Origin: Histomonas meleagridis 2922-C6/04-290x | Lineage: Eukaryota > Protista > Parabasalia | Assembly (NCBI GenBank): GCA_020184695.1 | Contig: JAANOX010000155.1 | Coordinates: 1-9,717, forward strand | DNA: 9,717 nt | Reading direction: 5' to 3' | Part shown: positions 7,568 through 9,717 of the stretch, one piece after another | Layout of the letters: every line of letters begins with the position of its first letter | How positions within the stretch are numbered: the stretch's first letter is position 1 | The notes under the pieces: model-generated | What the model was told of the DNA's origin: nothing | Database searches by the model: none | What the model saw: the letters and a program-made list of their open reading frames with translations, nothing else | Position numbers and translations under genes: made by a program

Positions 7568-9597
7568 ATGTCACAACCCGACAATCAAGAACAATTAAAT
7601 GGTAATAATACCCAAAGTGAAAATAAGTTCGCTGACTTTAATAAGTTAGTCCATAAACTTAAACAAATAATATATAATTTAACACAAGACAATTTTAAAA
7701 TCTCTGTTGAACAAACAAAGAAATTATTTGATATAAGTTTTCCATATTCACATAAACTCCTTCTTTGTAACCTAATTTATTCTATATTTTATTCCAAAAA
7801 AGAAAACAATTATATTTTATCTGAACTACTTAGAAGCTCTAAACAAAGATAAACCAAAAAAATTATTAAAAATATTTTTGTAATTATTTAAGTAAAAATT
7901 AATTCACAAGAATCATATTATTTAATTCTAAAAAAATGATTGAAAAATTTAGTTGATTTAAATGACAAAAAAATGTTCTCAAAATCAATCCAAAATATCG
8001 CATATATGTAAGTGAAGATGAAATTATTTATAAATTTTTCTAAATATTTTTTTCTTCTACATCTGAAATATTTTTCAAAAAGAAGATTTTGGACTAGATA
8101 AGAAGTTAGTTGAAGAAGGATTTAATCCGAATGAAATTGCGAAAATAATTCGAAAATGATGAAATCGAAAAAAACTTCAAGAAATATCATCAAAAAATGA
8201 TTTTGATTTTAATCAAACAATTGAACCATCACTTTATGAAAGATGTTCATTTATTAATCAAGAAGATGTTTCATTAATTGATTATGCAGCATTTTTTGGA
8301 TCAATTAAATGTTTTAAATTTTTACTTATGAATGATGCAAATGTAGAAAATACAGGTAAATATGCAGTTGCAGGTGGAAATATTGAAATCATTCATTTGT
8401 GTGAACAAAATAATTCATCATTTGATAATGCATGTGAAGCTGCAATTAAATTCCATAAGAATGATATCTTTAAATATATTTATGAAAAGAAAATTGAACA
8501 AATTGACTTTGAAAAATGTTTAAAATATTCTAATTATGATATTTTGTCGTATTTGCTTATAAAAGAAATGAAAATAAACAAAAGTCTTATTGATTATATA
8601 GCTCAATTTGGGAACTTATATCTTATGCAATGTTTCCTTCAAAATGATCTTCTTTCTGGATATGTATTGTTTTCATCAATAAAATCTGAAAATTTTGAAC
8701 TTGTTAAATTCATTGTTGAACAAAAAGTAATTGATATTAATGTTAAAGATGTTTAATTTTTTTATTTAGGTTTTATTTGTTTTATTTTATATTTATTTTA
8801 AGATTTTACAATTTCTAATTACATTTTGAAAATTATTTAAAATGTTTGAAACAGCACTTATAACTGCAACTAAAATTAATAACAAAAATATTGTTAAAAT
8901 ACTTCTTGAGCTTAAAGGAATTGATATTAATGCTAAAAATATTTATTTGTTTTATTTAAAATTTATTTTAATAATTTGATATTTCAAAATAATATTTGGA
9001 AATTATATAAATTATTTAAAACAGCACTATTTATAGCATCTCAAAAAGGTCATACAGAAATAGTTAAATTACTTCTTGAACAAGAAGGAATTGATATTAA
9101 TGCCAACAATATTTATTTCCTTTATTTATCGTTTATTAAAATTTTTTTTGGATATATCAAAATATTATTTGAAACAGCACTTATTAAAGCATCTGAAAAA
9201 GGTTATACAGAAATAGTTAAATTACTTCTTGAACAAAAAGGAATTGATATTAATGCTAAAGAAATTTTTTTGTTATATATATTGTTTATTCTAATAATTT
9301 ACGATATCAAAATAATATTTGGAAATCATATAAACTATTTAAAACAGCACTTATCTATGCATCTTTATATGGTCATACAGAAATAGTTAAATTACTTCTT
9401 AAACAAAAAGAAATTGCCATAAATGCTTATGATATTTGCTTGTTTTATTTGATATTTATTATAAAAATTTTATGTCTTAAAATAATATTCGGAAATTATT
9501 TTGATTATTACACACAGCAGCCTCACTAGCAACTCAAATGAAAAATAAAGAAATTGTCAATTTGTTTCTTGGAATTAATAGTAACGTTAAAAAATAA
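7568..9597 (+). CDS. DUF3447-type + ankyrin-repeat protein gene, right copy; continuous part 7568-8756, then an interrupted ankyrin array to TAA 9595-9597
   Basis: Merges track ORFs 7568-7852, 8328-8756 and 8976-9386. About 15 homopolymer differences at 7815-8175 (net +13 nt) break this copy, and the left arm supplies the open frame (..ENNYIYLNYLEALNKDKPKIIKIFCNYLSKINSQESYYLILKMIEKNL..). The 3' extent beyond 8756 depends on removal of the spacers. Confidence 0.8.
8751..8850 (+). other. Intervening sequence I0 (100 nt, in-frame TAA at 8754-8756), intron-like
   Basis: Lies between INVKD and TAL and is identical in the left arm (904-1003). The last 80 nt align without gaps to the other spacers, with 20 extra nt at the front. 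Confidence 0.6.
8941..9020 (+). other. Intervening sequence I1 (80 nt, in-frame TGA at 8977), intron-like
   Basis: Lies between INAKN and TAL. Same 80 nt in the left arm (734-813); 3n+2 length. Confidence 0.65.
9111..9173 (+). other. Intervening sequence I2 (63 nt; 57 nt in the left arm at 587-643), in frame, shortened
   Basis: Lies between INANN and TAL. Length is a multiple of 3 in both arms; reads IYFLYLSFIKIFFGYIKILFE in the right arm. Confidence 0.55.
9264..9343 (+). other. Intervening sequence I3 (80 nt), intron-like
   Basis: Lies between INAKE and TAL. Also 80 nt in the left arm (415-494), though with compensating homopolymer differences. Confidence 0.6.
9434..9513 (+). other. Intervening sequence I4 (80 nt; 82 nt in the left arm at 243-324), intron-like
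   Basis: Lies between INAYD and the terminal TAASLA repeat. Shares AAAATAATATT(T/C)GGAAAT(T/C)AT with I1 and I3. Confidence 0.6.
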
Positions 9598-9717
9598 AAA
9601 ATTAATTTGGGAAACTTTGATAGTTGGATCAAAATATTATTTGAAATATATTTGAGCAAAAGTCGAATAATTTTTTTCTTTTGTTCGAATATAATTTAAT
9701 TCTATTAAAAAGAAAAA

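Larger units (their letters stand above)
8851..9597 (+). repeat. Tandem ankyrin array: four exact 90-nt cores plus a terminal degenerate repeat, separated by AT-rich spacers (unit ~170 nt)
   Basis: Cores: 8851-8940 TALITATKINNKNIVKILLELKGIDINAKN; 9021-9110 TALFIASQKGHTEIVKLLLEQEGIDINANN; 9174-9263 TALIKASEKGYTEIVKLLLEQKGIDINAKE; 9344-9433 TALIYASLYGHTEIVKLLLKQKEIAINAYD; terminal 9514-9597 TAASLATQMKNKEIVNLFLGINSNVKK*. All begin ACAGCA. Confidence 0.95.
5315..9717. repeat. Right arm of the inverted duplication
   Basis: Reverse complement of 35-4396. It differs by many homopolymer length changes, one 45-nt indel (5743-5787) and two small substitution clusters (5948-5968 and ~9443-9457). Confidence 0.97.

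Noticed and set aside
8754-8979. Stop-codon reassignment or read-through of TAA 8754 and TGA 8977
   Set aside because: Read-through would not fix the 100- and 80-nt frame shifts, and TAA and TGA end other genes normally here.
8751-9020. Spacers as insertions with TATTT/TGTTT target-site duplications, or ribosomal hop sites
   Set aside because: Short direct repeats do flank I0-I2, but precise excision leaves 7 nt (out of frame) and matched take-off/landing codons are not consistent across spacers. Five-base repeats are also expected by chance in this composition.
8939-9022. U12-type AT-AC introns (AT ATTT...AAAC)
   Set aside because: The U12 ATATCCTT donor is absent, the I3 border lacks AT, and the AT..AC joins I tested do not restore the frame.
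8949-9024. Canonical GT..ACAG intron (76 nt) in I1, and equivalents in I0/I3
   Set aside because: The phase-2 donor joined to a phase-1 acceptor reads ATT TAT TTC ACT...AGT TAA, which is out of frame and stops within the next core.
8976-9386. 136-aa track ORF (and mirror 542-778) as an independent gene
   Set aside because: It starts at a TTG inside spacer I1 and is a chimera of spacer and core sequence that exits the frame at I3.
9021-9433. Diversity-generating retroelement TR/VR pair
   Set aside because: Differences between cores include T->A, T->C and G->C changes, so they are not adenine-specific. No reverse transcriptase is present.
8851-9513. Regular repeat-spacer pattern resembling a CRISPR array
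   Set aside because: The repeats are 90-nt protein-coding ankyrin units, the spacers are homologous to each other, there are no cas genes and the context is eukaryotic.
35-9717. Arms as terminal inverted repeats of a transposon or Maverick/Polinton
   Set aside because: The arms hold host-type genes, and the interior has no transposase, integrase or PolB. No target-site duplication is visible.

Overview
Very AT-rich eukaryotic DNA, most consistent with a parabasalid (Trichomonas/Tritrichomonas/Histomonas-like), inferred from a DUF3447-type ankyrin gene, a SAPS-family gene, short intergenic regions and an Inr-like TCACA. The whole window is one large inverted duplication. Arms ~35-4396 and ~5315-9717 are reverse complements around a 918-bp unique spacer (4397-5314) holding one coiled-coil gene. 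Each arm carries three co-oriented genes pointing outward: NTF2-like (116 aa), SAPS/PP6-regulatory-like (398 aa reconstructed) and a DUF3447+ankyrin gene. Most arm differences are homopolymer length changes (mainly 4->5 and 5->7 runs) that look like sequencing or consensus error, and the arms repair each other's frameshifts. The duplication may be an in vivo fold-back amplicon or an amplification/assembly chimera; I cannot decide which from sequence alone. The best biological signal is the ankyrin 3' array. Five successive repeat junctions are interrupted at the same codon position by homologous AT-rich spacers (100, 80, 63/57, 80, 80/82 nt) present in both arms. Four of them break the frame, and I found no canonical GT-AG excision that restores it. 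The intact 90-nt repeat cores vary mostly at predicted binding-surface codons.
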